A DNA stretch of 63,741 bases, filler included, from Perkinsus chesapeaki ATCC PRA-425 (Eukaryota; Protista; Perkinsozoa), in NCBI GenBank assembly GCA_013115145.1. It is 7 parts of 7 records of this genome, joined end to end, with 100 filler letters (N's around TTAATTAATTAA, not from the genome) between each part and the next. Parts side by side here need not be neighbours in the genome. Positions count along the whole stretch, not along the records: positions 1 to 25,024 come from JAAPAO010000536.1; 6 more parts are not named here. The stretch is one strand, 5' to 3'. Numbering within the stretch: the first letter of the stretch is position 1; every line of letters begins with the position of its first letter. Below, one piece after another: positions 1 to 11,400 of this stretch. Position numbers and translations under genes: made by a program. A model generated the notes under the pieces. The model saw only the letters and a list, made by a program, of their open reading frames with translations. It made no database searches and was not told where the DNA came from.

Positions 1-33
1 ATGAGTACATTAGGAACGCTATGCAGCACCATT

Positions 34-105
34 GGGCGTGTGGTGTAGTGGTATCACGTCTGCTTGGCATGCAAAAGGCCCCGAGTTCAAACCTCGGCAC
101 GTTCA
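34..105 (+). tRNA. tRNA-Ala-like, anticodon GGC, probable pseudogene
   Basis: 72-nt cloverleaf with G3:U70 Ala identity pair and intact T-arm CCGAG-TTCAAAC-CTCGG. Loop is TT-GGC-AT. Anticodon stem has a mismatch (TCTGC/GCAAA) and there is an extra G2:U71. Confidence 0.75.
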
Positions 106-180
106 CTACCAACTGTATACATATCACAAGTTAGCGAAAGACTAAACATGAGTGCACTAGGAACGCCATGCAGCACCATC

Positions 181-252
181 GGGCGTGTGGTGTAGTGGTA
201 TCACGTCTGCTTCGCATGCAGAATGGCCCGAATTCAAATCTCGGCACGTCCA
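181..252 (+). tRNA. tRNA-Ala(CGC), B-box lesion
   Basis: Acceptor GGGCGTG/CACGTCC with G3:U70. Stem TCTGC/GCAGA, loop TT-CGC-AT. T-stem has G53>A (CCGAA-TTCAAAT-CTCGG). Confidence 0.8.
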
Positions 253-327
253 CTACTAACTATATAAATATCGCAAGTTAGCGAATAATCAAACATGAGT
301 GCACTAGGAACGCTATGCAGCACCATC

Positions 328-348
328 GGGCGTGTGGTGTAGTGGTAT
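328..348 (+). pseudogene. 5' fragment of tRNA-Ala (internally deleted repeat unit)
   Basis: GGGCGTGTGGTGTAGTGGTAT jumps directly to spacer sequence ATATACATATCACAAG. Confidence 0.85.
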
Positions 349-414
349 ATATACATATCACAAGTTAGCGAAAGACTAAACATGAGTGCACTAGGAACGC
401 CATGCAGCACCATC

Positions 415-486
415 GGGCGAGTGGTGTAGTGGTATCATGTCTGCTTCGCATGCAGAAGGGCCCGAGTTCAAATCTCAGCACGTCCA
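415..486 (+). tRNA. tRNA-Ala(CGC), two stem mismatches
   Basis: Same cloverleaf with anticodon CGC. A6:A67 mismatch in the acceptor stem and a C:A mismatch in the T-stem (CCGAG/CTCAG). Confidence 0.8.
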
Positions 487-561
487 CTACTAATTGTAAA
501 CATATCACAAGTTAGCGAAAGACCAAACATGAGTGTATTAAGAACGCCATGCAGCACCATC

Positions 562-593
562 GGGCTTGTGGTGTAGTGGTATCACGTCTGCTT
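562..593 (+). pseudogene. tRNA-Ala 5' half truncated in the anticodon loop
   Basis: GGGCTTGTGGTGTAGTGGTATCACGTCTGCTT followed by unrelated sequence. Confidence 0.85.
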
Positions 594-734
594 TACTTGG
601 ACCTCACTGAGGTCATCTCACCTGGCCGCATCATACAGCCAGAGCCGCCGACTCGGGTTCGTATTGACTGTTCCACAGCTGGTTGCTTTTGGCCTGAGGT
701 TTGTGGCCTCTGGTGCGAGCTGCAGGGAGATTGG

Positions 735-1128
735 TGATGAATACGGTGTAGCTATGTCATCAGTAGCTGGTCATAAGTAGTGTTGTGAAGAAATTCGTGA
801 GGTGCGTAGTAGACGTACTGTGCGCCCAGTATATCAACATTCCAACGGATAACGAGCTAAGAGACTCCATGGGTTCCGAGCGGCGAGCGGCATGATGAAT
901 GTCTGGGCGGCTATTGATGGTACCCATGTCAAAGTGCATTCTCCTCGTAAAGTTGAAGAAGCCTGCGTCAACCGCCACCACGAACACTCGATAAACTGGA
1001 TGGTCGTCTGTACGAACGCCATGCGCATATGCGCTCTTTCAACTCGCTGGGGAGGCAAGGTCCATGAGAGCCGAGTCTTTAGAAACTCGTCATATGTTTT
1101 ATTGCGAATGAGGACAGTGCTACTGTAG
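735..1128 (+). mobile_element. PIF/Harbinger (DDE_Tnp_4, HARBI1-like) transposase remnant
   Basis: ORF 892-1128 reads NVWAAIDGTHV...NRHHEHSINWMVVC...WGGKVHESRVFRNS, matching the GAIDG.H / NRKG.HS.N.Q.VC / WPGS.HD.RV signatures. Upstream GDEYGVAMSSV segment is out of frame or stop-interrupted. Confidence 0.8.
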
Positions 1129-2099
1129 CATTATGCATTTTAGTGGATTAGAGCAAAGCTTATCGAACGATCTTGTATTTTCCACTCGTATCGCTTGCGT
1201 CGATTGCGTGTGCCGCTGGCACACTGCGCCAGCCTACGCGGATTATACCAAGTAAAGGTGATCTTCCGATCTCGGGGATCCCTCACGACTATGCACTCGA
1301 ACAGTGAGAAACATATCCCGCACTTGGAATTCGTGCAAGTTACCCGGATTAGTGACCGAAGCACTTGAATACAAAGTTAATCGGAACTTTATCCCTCGGA
1401 GTCCGACTCAGACTGTCCGAGGCACGGACTTGGCGCTCGTCGAATCTAACTCGGACTTGGAACCCGGAAAGCTAAAGCACTTGAATAGGCCCCTGGTGAT
1501 GTCATACAAGGCGCATGTTTTTGAGGAGCAAAACATGAGTGTATTAAGAACGTCATGCATTACCATCGGGACACGCCTCTGAACTTCAGAGTCGGAAGCC
1601 AGTGGCAAACAACAATCGCGCATCCCTGTTTCATTTTGAAGCACCATGTCCAAGGACCAATTAAGGTGCACCGTTTTCCAAGTCCACACAACTGGAAAGT
1701 AGACCGATCCAAACTTGGAAAAATTACTAGTGTTAAAGTGCACGTGCTTGGATCAGACCTATCTCGACAGTCTACCAGATAATGTCGTTGCTGACTTGCT
1801 AAGCACCTTCGTGGTAGCCGGAAGTCAGACGCTGGTGTCACACCAGTGGTGTGCACAATTGTGCATCACACAAGGGATGTGCACTGCACATCCGTCATTT
1901 ACCACTTGCGTGATAATGGGTTGCTGAAACGAGAGCTCGGAGTGTTGCATGGCATGGGTGAGCTTGCTCTGGCAAGGTGGCGGACCATGTACTCACAGGC
2001 CAGATCTGAGGTGCAGGTGGGTACCTTACTGGTACCTTACTTAATATACATTCTTGGTGTCACGTCAAGATGCCGGAAAGGTCACAGCCTTGAATCGAG

Positions 2100-4234
2100 T
2101 GACATCAAGTGACTTGGTGCCACCCATGCTTTTAATTCTCTTAGGCATTGTTTTATCCCATCTAACAGATGGGCGTCTCCAAGTACTTGGTGGTCCTCAT
2201 CCAGACCTGGCTGACTAATCAAACAGTCAAGCTTAGCTTCGGAGCACACTCCGCTGGGATTACTTCGAAAAGAAGAGTGCCTCAAGGATCTATACTTGGG
2301 CCCCTCCTGTTTCTGGTCAGTACGATAGCCTGTCGCGCACGTTGAATGCACTTGCATGCGAAACACTTCACTGTGCAATGCGTGCAGAGATTGCGCGAAA
2401 GATCACTGCTCAACGCAACCAGACAACCAAAATGAAATAAAGTCAGAAACAACCCTAGTACTACAGAGCAACACCAACGCCACAACGCTGTCAGTATAGG
2501 AAGTCAAAATTGACCAAAATCCAACAGGTGCAGACAGGTCTAGAAGGTCTCCTACGTGGCCTGCGGACTCGGCACCTGCTCTTAAGGTATAGAACATCAA
2601 ACCGCTTCAGGAAGATGATGGATCACGGGATATGATGGTCATCACGTCAACTGGCTACGCTAAAACTATCCAAGGTAAGCTGCTCGCTCAGGCTACCTGG
2701 ATCGGGTACCGGCGGCAAGCCTTTAAGTCTTACGGTGGTTCAATCTACGCCGATCTAGTATGCAACCTTCAACGCCATGTGACAGTGACACACGGTCAGT
2801 ATATCGATTATTCTGCTGAGTAGGATAAGGTCATAGTTTGATGCAGTGAAAGCATCGCACTTCGCGCAATTCGCGCTTTTCACTACGTGCATTGCTGCAG
2901 TGCACGCAATGCGGGTGCAACTCCATCGACATCAAGAACAACACTGTCATCATGACATGACAATAGGCATCAACGCATCCGGCGCAAGGGTTTTTCGTAA
3001 GGCCTGTTACTACGTTGAGGGCAACCTCGACCGCTGGTGTCGTCGGTCGGGATTGGACATGTCTCCGGACAAATGCTATGTCCTTTCCCCTAGGAAGCTA
3101 ACGTTTTCGCCTAACTGGCAAGGTGCGAAACTTCCCACAACCTATGTGGTGAGAGTCTTGGGAGTCTTTCTCGACAAGAGACTGACCTTCAGACATCACC
3201 TGCGTAAAAAAGTTTCAGAGTGTCGACGCCGACTGGCTTGCCTAGTTGGCTTAGGGTGGGTAACAGCTGGCATCACTCACAAGAGAGCCGCTCGAACCTA
3301 TCACCAAGGAGTCTTTCCGCACCTCTCGCATGGAGTGTCGGCATGGGGGGATGTTCTTCACTTCTCATGGCCCATGGGTCATGGGCTCTCAGACTGGTGG
3401 ACTCGGTGTCTGGTATGGCTGCGCGCATTGTGCTACGTGCACACCGCACTTGCTCGTATCATGCGAGTCGTATGCGGCAGCCACTATATTGGCAGGGCTC
3501 CAGCTTGCGCATATCCAACTCCTGTCCCTACTGGAGGTTCAGCGAGACTGCATGATGCCTGTGCTGCCCCTAAGAGATTACCCTGGTAGGTACAGGGAGA
3601 TGATATGGAAGCCTGATGTTCGTCTAAGACGAGTCGTTTTCCCCATCCCCTTCCTCCATGGGCTCCTACGGTCAATCCTGCGTTTGAACCTAGGAGAAAC
3701 GCTGTAGAGCGCGCTAGGGAATGCGGACGCCACTGGTGCTATCTCCACAGATGGCTCCAAATTCCGTGACGGTAGCGGCGGAGGCATTATTGCCTTCATG
3801 TATAACATGCCGGTACAACAAACCTACTTCAGGTTGCCCGGATTTACCTCTATAGCCTAGTGTGAATTAACGGCCATCCGCGATGCTCTGCGTTGGCTTC
3901 GGTCTACTGTCGGTCGGTTCCAGGTCTTCCCTGGAACGCTGTGGTATATATTTACTAATAGCCAAGCGCCTATCATCTTGATAGTATCAAGTCCTTGGGT
4001 CACCGGCACTCTGTCGAGAAGTACGCACTGGCCAGGGACATTATTGTACTGTACCAAGGCATCAACGTATCTATCCGTTGGTGTCCTGGCCACGAAGGGG
4101 TTGAGGGTAACGAGCTTGCTGACCAACTTGCTAATGTCGGGAGGAAGCAACTCTATCCTCTAACTCCGGATGTTCCTCCCCGCATATCCCGATCCCCCTT
4201 AAAAGGCAGGCTAAGGAGAAAAAGGAGGAGCTAA
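2100..4234 (+). mobile_element. Degenerate non-LTR retrotransposon (RT + RNase H; I/ingi/R1-like architecture)
   Basis: RT thumb LDRWCRRSGLDMSPDK...VLGVFLDKRLTFRHHL in ORF 2846-3589. RNase H motifs ISTDGSK (~3740), ELTAIRDAL (~3865), IRWCPGHEGVEGNELADQLA (ORF 3995-4234). Many stops and frameshifts; left limit approximate. Confidence 0.85.
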
Positions 4235-5458
4235 CTCGCCAGTGGTGGTGTCTAATTCGTCCCAGCTTGGGAGCCACTGTGCGGGAGTTCTTCTGGTCGT
4301 TTGGTCGTTTGGTCATGCTCGCCGCTTCTTGGCAGCTGGCCACGTGGCCCCAGAGGTTTCGGCCTTGCTCTTAGGGCATGCGCCGACTCCTTACATGAGA
4401 CACGTCCAAGGCCTGCTCCGGGCCCACAGTGCCCTGGCGGTGCCCTGACGGTACGACGATGCACTATATCAGGGATTGTCCGCTTCTGGATAGAGCACGT
4501 AAAGCGTCAAACCTTTATGTTCCTAAGCATCTGTACAAGTTCACAGTGAGCCCTAAGCTCCGTGGCTTCCTGGTGACTATGTGCAAATATGTATTTGAGT
4601 AGCTGGAGAGACTACGGCACTCGGATACCTAATCTTGATATGGTCCCTACCGCTGCTATCGTTCTCCGGTAGCAGGTAGCCATGCGTTGCGCCTTCGGGC
4701 GTACTTTGGTACCTGTCCATCACACAGATGGCAGGTCGGCCAGAGAACAGTGCAGTGCAACGGCTTCAGTGGCCGGCACAGTGTGGCACAACTCAGTGCT
4801 CCAGCACTTGTACAATTTTCAAGGGTCAGCGACATCGAGACCTCTTCCGGAGGTGTCGCAGGATCCATTAAACCGGTAGACCGATCCACTAACGATTGGT
4901 ATAGGTGACGATGGATAATAATAAGCTTTTCCAAAAAACTCGCAGCATGCTAAGTTAGCATTGCTAACAGCTCCGAAACATCTTCAAGCCCTACCTTCAA
5001 GTCATTCGCATCAGCAGAAAGTCTGACAAATCTTTCCTCGAGTGACTGCAGCTCGCCAGTGGCGAGTCGCCACCAGCAACTGTCACTGCCAATTGTCATT
5101 CAATCTAACCATCGGTTTGGTTGCCTACCATTATCTTCACTGCTCTCCAGCTTACTATTGAGGTGACATACTAGCGAATCCATGCTCTTTAACTACGAAT
5201 GAGAAGGACAAGGAGAGGCGATGCACATCGGTTGTGGAGACCACCCCGCATCACAGAAAAGTACTGTAGAGCCGTAATTGAGAAATACCTCGGAGGGATG
5301 CAGATATAACCACCCAGTTCTATGAGTTCTGTCTATCCTCAGTCTTTTTCCCTGAGCCCACTCCCGCCTGGATGTCTTTCAGACGTTTCCGAACCTGACA
5401 GAAGGTACTCGGCTACTTGTGATCCTCCGGCGAACCGCACATAGGCTCTCCAAGAGCC

Positions 5459-6412
5459 TTAGACTTTATTTTGCGAAGACGTCTCTGCAACTCCAGTTCC
5501 GGCACTTACACCAATAGCCAGCTTCTCTGCGTTGCGGTAGTCAGTATCCCAACGGTTGTCAGAAACATGTATACGAGCAGCATGGACGTCAGGCAATGAC
5601 GAGTAAAGTAAGCTATTGTTGCAGCACTGATCACGAGGGTTATGCCCTCCACCAGTTCGGTTAAAAGGAAGACTTCCCAAAATGGGAAACCCATAAAAGC
5701 TCAACAAAGCTGGGTTTTAAGAAAAATATTGCTAATTATTCTTCAGTAGCCGAGAAGTGTTCCAGTAGCTAACATCACTTAAGGCTAGCGTCTGAGGGAT
5801 GATGGAGAAATAGACCATGCCAATCTTACCGAAATACGTCATGAATGTCTCCTCATTACCTGCAGAAGGAAATATCAGCGCTTAGAAGTGCACCACTGAA
5901 ACTGCTACTGATAGAAGGCCTCACTGATCAGTCGAGAAACCCTTGTGGAGCCACGGAGGAGCTACTGTACCGCTCACCCGAGAGACCCGAATGGGCGCTT
6001 ACCTTGAGCATTTGCCCTTGCTTTAAGAAGAGGTAGCAGGATTAGGGTATCCAGCAGTAGGTTTGTAGCGATAAACCAGAAAGAAAGCACCAAAGCTCTT
6101 GGGTACGACAGTGGACGATTTCGAGGACAGACTTTCAATAGGCATCTAGAGCCGCATGCTACGCCAATGATAACCTACCAATGTGATGTTGTCGCTGACC
6201 TTCAATGGCTGCATTACACCTACCATGGAATTCTTGAACGTGTATTCCTCTACTTGCAGCTCCCCTTTATCATTAAAGAATGGTATTGATGCAATAAAGG
6301 GTAGCAGCCACGAGACAAAACTCCACCAAAGTACTCTCTTTATGCTAGGCTCACTATGCTCTTTCGAAGATGGATCTGGCGGGCCAGAGTTCGTATGATC
6401 ACGTTCAGACAT
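5459..6412 (-). CDS. Hypothetical multi-exon membrane protein
   Basis: Hydrophobic ORFs 6146-6412 and 5506-5694, plus an intermediate exon near 6000-6130 (RALVLSFWFIATNLLLDTLILLPLLK). No family recognised; boundaries approximate. Confidence 0.45.
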
Positions 6413-6752
6413 ACTACACAGTGACCCTGCAAGGAAGAGCCCGCCAACAACAAAGTTTTTTTGTATAGCGATGCTTCAGATATGATTTCATCTCAAGGAG
6501 TTGACAGACTTGCTCGAGCAGCCTTCTAGAATTCTAAGTTTATACACGATTGCCCTGCAATGAATTGACGCCACTAACACAACAAATGAGTCACTAATAA
6601 AAACGCAGGCTAACTGCCAATACACTGAGCTAGAACAAGTAGGTTAGTGGTCATGAGCAACGATCCCAAGCACTTTAGAAATCATTTTCGAAATCGGTCA
6701 TTTGCTGTTGTCTTAGGGGCCTCACATTACTCCCGGCTTTCAGACTCCATAA

Positions 6753-8213
6753 CTATTTTGAATGCGGTCTTCCGATTCTAGTGAGTATATTAGTCGCTGC
6801 ATCTTCCCCAGACTGGACTGCTGGTTCGATACCAGCTCCTGTGACAGCCGAGCCAATGATACTGATAGGCTCGTTATCGACGGAATCTTTTAGATCCTCC
6901 ACCGCTGATCGATATTCATCATCGAACACCGGAATGGTGGAGTCCCACCTCGATACATAAAAAGATGAAAAGTCGATACTCTCTTCAATAGAAAAGACTT
7001 TCCTCAAAGTACTTGCGGCAACGGCAGACCACTTCTCGTCAGACCAGTCATTTATATGGTCCCCGCGCGGTCTATAATAGCACCGGAAGAGAGAGGTGCC
7101 GGGCGGTGATCTACCGGGGAACTTCTCATTAACTAGGGCCGCGGCACGAAGGCCTTCGAGACCCTCTTGCATTGCTGCCGGGACCGAAAAACTGTGCCAT
7201 CCATCAGCGTTCGCTGAATTCCTCTCAGTGCTTATGAAACAGTGGACAGAAACATGACTTAGGAATTTAGCTGGTAAAGGTTCTTTACCAAGCATGATGG
7301 AAGCTGCCTTCTCTGGTGTCGCTATCACCACTTCGTCGAAGAGCAGTTCATCTTCGTTATCCAATACGAGCTTCACCATAGACCCGCTGCTCGCCACTGA
7401 TGAAACCGATGTATTGAAACGAACGCTGCAAGAAGAAGAGCCTTCCAAATACTCTCGAGCAGAATTAACAAGTTCGCCCATACCCAGACGGAAACTCGAA
7501 ATGCCTAACAAAAACTCATTGGTGGGCACGAGATTTTCAGAAGATCTCACCTTGCCCCAAGTCCTCTTTCTTAACGTGAAATCCAAGCTTCTTGGCAGCA
7601 TCGCCTCTCTCTAGCTTTATCGAATTATCTAAGTTGGACAAACTCTTTCCCCGGATATTGATAAAATAATAACACTTCCGGGAACAGGCCGACTAAGTGA
7701 GGTTGTTGATCAATCAACCAAGCGAAGTTCATATCTCTATCAACGTAACAAGGGTGTCTATCAGGGCACGTGTCAGCACTGCCTACAGTATGTCTACTGT
7801 ATGTTAGAACAGCATCCTGTCTACAGTAATGTCTCTTACAGTTCTCATCAATTTCGTAATTATCCACTGGGTTCTGTGGAATCAAATCCTTCTCAATTCC
7901 CAAGGACTTCGCTAACTTCGGTACAGCCACAGCTCGCCTAACGAAGCCCTCGCCACCGGCTTCCCAAATAACCTGACACAGCCAAATGTACAGCGGGAGA
8001 AAACGATGAGGCAAGCCAACTCACCCCATTATTTTCGTATCGTGTCCAGCATTGTCCACCGAGACGATCGTCTTTCTCAAACAACGTCACTCGTATAGCG
8101 TTTTTCACCAGATACGTTGCACAGGTTAGACCAGCAAGTCCTCCGCCTATCACAGCGACATATGGGCCATCTGAGGGGAAGTGGCCGGCCGAGATTCCTG
8201 GCGTGGGGGACAT
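6753..8213 (-). CDS. hemY: Protoporphyrinogen oxidase (HemY/PPOX-type FAD oxidoreductase), spliced
   Basis: VAVIGGGLAGL...LFEKDDRLGG FAD-binding motif; EAGGEGF after a 52-nt GT-AG intron (7973-8024); FRLGMGEL, VVIATP, NEKFPGRSP, RWDSTIPVF and GAGIEPAVQSG match HemY landmarks. Splicing between 7611 and 7835 is unresolved. Confidence 0.8.
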
Positions 8214-8470
8214 TCTATTGAAGCTGATGGAAAACTGAAGATGCACGAGAATGATACAAATGGCGATAACACGACATGAACATGAAAATGTATAAGTGTA
8301 GAAGAGAACGCAGCAACACGAGATAAAGTGAAACACTTGAAAGATGCAAACAGGGAAGAAATTCAGTCACTCACAGTAATACTCAAATTCCGTGGGACGA
8401 CGGTCGAACCTGCAGACATGCGCTAAGCTAGACTCGCTGCCTATACTTCCACAAGACGAGGCCGGCACGT

Positions 8471-11400
8471 CTAGCTCACCTGAACCATGGCATTAGGCCA
8501 TCGTGTTTGGATGGTCCGCTGCAATGATTCATTATTATCTGCGACCGCGTACTGTTCATCAACATGCGATGTAACAACCTAGACAAAAACGAGTGCACCG
8601 ATATCTGATCATGCATGTCCCGTGCCGAAGATAGAAAAACCACCTGAACTTGTAGAGTCTGGAGAAATGCACAAATTAATAATCTGCAGCCACAAGATAT
8701 TTTTGACCCAAAACTGGAAGTATGAAGCTACCACCTTAGGCACACCAATGAAACCGCGGCTAGCGACGGTTTCAGGTAGCACAGATTACATGTGCTGAAT
8801 CGATCAACACAGATTTCTCTTGGAAATAGATGCCCTGCTTTTAACGTATGATGAAGGCAAATGCTTACTTTTATTTCACAAAGGCTGGGTCCGCCTGGTC
8901 TCTGGCCGTCGTACAAGTAACTAAGCAAATCAAATTCAGCCACCTAATACAGTGCTGCCTCACAGTGTGTAAGCTGAAGGCTTGTCCGACTCAGCGTCGA
9001 TCTCTTCAAGCTTCTCTCTGCCAAATAGTGCACTGCAAATCACCGACTGGAACGCATCGAACAGAACCTATCAAAGCCCTGAGGACACTTAAGATCAGCG
9101 AAACCAGCCTTCCTTACGATGGAACCATCCAACGAATTCTCCCTCATTCTAGAAACGATATCCTTCCTGCTGACTCCCGATGGTATCTACGCGTTACCGG
9201 TCACTCTACACACACCACTCGCCCACAACGAGCTCCTACCAGCTCGTCTGGGAGATCCGCCGTGACCAATTTCTCGACTTGCTCTAAAGTGGCGATGCCT
9301 TCATCGGTGCCTGAAAGATGACCACCCTTAGCTGACGCCCCTTCGATGCCGGCCATCCCAAGGAGCGAGTGAAAACGCAGAGTAGACTTTTTGATACTGG
9401 GGCGAAGAAGAAGATGACCAGAGTTCAAAACCGCCTTCCTCGACATCCTATCGAGCATATCGGTATTCCGACACTGTTTCTATGTCATTGAAAGCGTAGA
9501 TCAAATAGCGGAATACGGCTTACTATTCGCATCAAATATATCCTTCAACTGGTCCTTCACCACACCGACTGGATCGCGCTTCACCGAGTTCAAGTTCCGC
9601 GAGAAGAGCAATGTGTAATGGTTTGGTGATCCCACCACCCACAAAGGGAACTCTGGGTTCTTGTATCGGCTCCCAACTGTCACGTACCTGACAAGTTCGT
9701 TGAGATCTGGCAGATGCAGCCAAATCGCGGCTTACCGTAGAGCCTCTAGCTCGGTAACGTAGCCCACTGTGATCGGTATATCGGCAGGTACCTGGCATCA
9801 ATGCTTCCCATCTTTAAGTAATCACTACACGGGTGGCCGGAGTCGGGGCTGAGGTGGAATTATATGCAGGTAAGAAGAAGCCTATATCATGATAGTCTCC
9901 ATGAAATTGTCGATCAGAATATATGCGTATATATACTAGTACTAGTATATACAAGCGGTAGCAGGTGTGAATGAATACTGTGGACGGGAGAAAGCAAAAA
10001 AGAAAAGCAAAACCGACTAGTTAATTAGAATGATTATATTTCGGATTTCAGAAAGAACACGGTGAGCTTCTAAACGCTGTCCGAGGGCAAATGACGTGTC
10101 GTCATTTATAAGATGCAAGTTCATATATGATTCATGCTAGTATGAGTAGCAGATAAGATAGAGTACATACAGTCAAGACGCAATAGGCTCTATACTCTAT
10201 CACAGAAAAATGAAGATGGACCAATGTAACCTGATTAGCAATGATAGCTTACTCCTCGAAGCATCATGCCACCACCAAGAGACTCTTCACCATCAAAGAC
10301 ATTGGAGAAGCAACGGCCAAGTAAACACAGGTTGACCAACTCTTGCGAACAATGTCCGAACATCCCAACCAGGACTCCTCCACCTGACGCAAGATCTCAT
10401 TGCAGAATGTCGCGGTGACACTCAAGTGCCCTCTGAACTACTACTGTTGTGAGACAACACAGGAAAGCAGCATATTATAATGTAATTTATTAATTACTCA
10501 CATAAGACCCTGCCGATATCTAGGTTAAATTAGATTTGGATGTATGTAGATGATGATGCGTAGTGGACATTCTGTACAGACGTTGGGCTCTAAACAGTTC
10601 TACTAATTTGTGCATATCAATTTGGTAATTACACTTTTACCAATGAGATCTTGGAATTGTCTAGTCAAACCCCAGATCAAAGTGCCAGGTACACTGTTTT
10701 CGAAGTCCGAGGATTTCGCAAAATTTTCTCCCAAAGTTCCCCAACGAAACCTATGTTATCAACTATCAAAAGTCAAATTCGCCAAAATAGTCGATAACTG
10801 GCTCAAAGCTCCACAGTGCCATCACAAATCGTGTTAAGGATTTTTATCAGCTTACTCGGGTCATCCATATCAGATCGACAAAGTGTCGGGCCCCCTCTAG
10901 TGAGTATCATCGACACCACCTAAAGCAATTCGCATTTCCGATTACAGCACCTCTCCAGCTTACGAAGGATACAGCCGCAGTTTGAGAGGCAAGTAGAGGG
11001 TCCTGATGTTCTAGCAATAGCTTTTGGTATTCCCCTATAGACTCCACTGGTCTTGTCCATATTCTTGGTGGCCTTGCTAAGCCTTCGTTGTCATCATCAC
11101 AGGGCTCCACTATCGCACAAACGTAGCTATTGGCCTCGTCAGAGGCTTTGCATCTCGACCTTAAAGAGAACATGTTACAACAGGCCACTGTAAGGCTTTT
11201 GGTCTAGATAAACATATGCAAGTACGAAGCCCACTTTTAGCATAGTCGTCATCCCTCTCTCTCCGCCGTAACGGCACAAAGGGAGCAACGATGGAGCAAC
11301 GATTACTGCCGACGAGATTCGAAGAGTCTTACCATGAGGTTAATACGAGTAGTTCACAACGCTGTGGCTCAAAGTGGTAATGCCGAGAAAACAGAACAAC

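Larger units (their letters stand above)
1..593 (+). repeat. Tandem array of tRNA-Ala units (147-bp unit: ~75-bp spacer + 72-bp tRNA), 5 copies, 2 truncated; probably continues left of the window
   Basis: tRNA starts at 34, 181, 328, 415 and 562. The spacer ...AAACATGAGTG(C/T)A(C/T)TA(G/A)GAACGC(C/T)ATGCAGCACCATC recurs before each. Confidence 0.95.

Noticed and set aside
1359-1492. AAGCACTTGAATA repeated, ending GGCCC, as a Harbinger right TIR
   Set aside because: No matching left TIR or TWA target duplication found near 594; kept only as a possibility.
6823-6833. Exact B-box GGTTCGATACC in PPO coding sequence; near matches at 46731, 41801, 8402, 13109 and 46224
   Set aside because: Coding or lacking variable-loop, T-tract and splice-site context; consistent with chance, so not counted.
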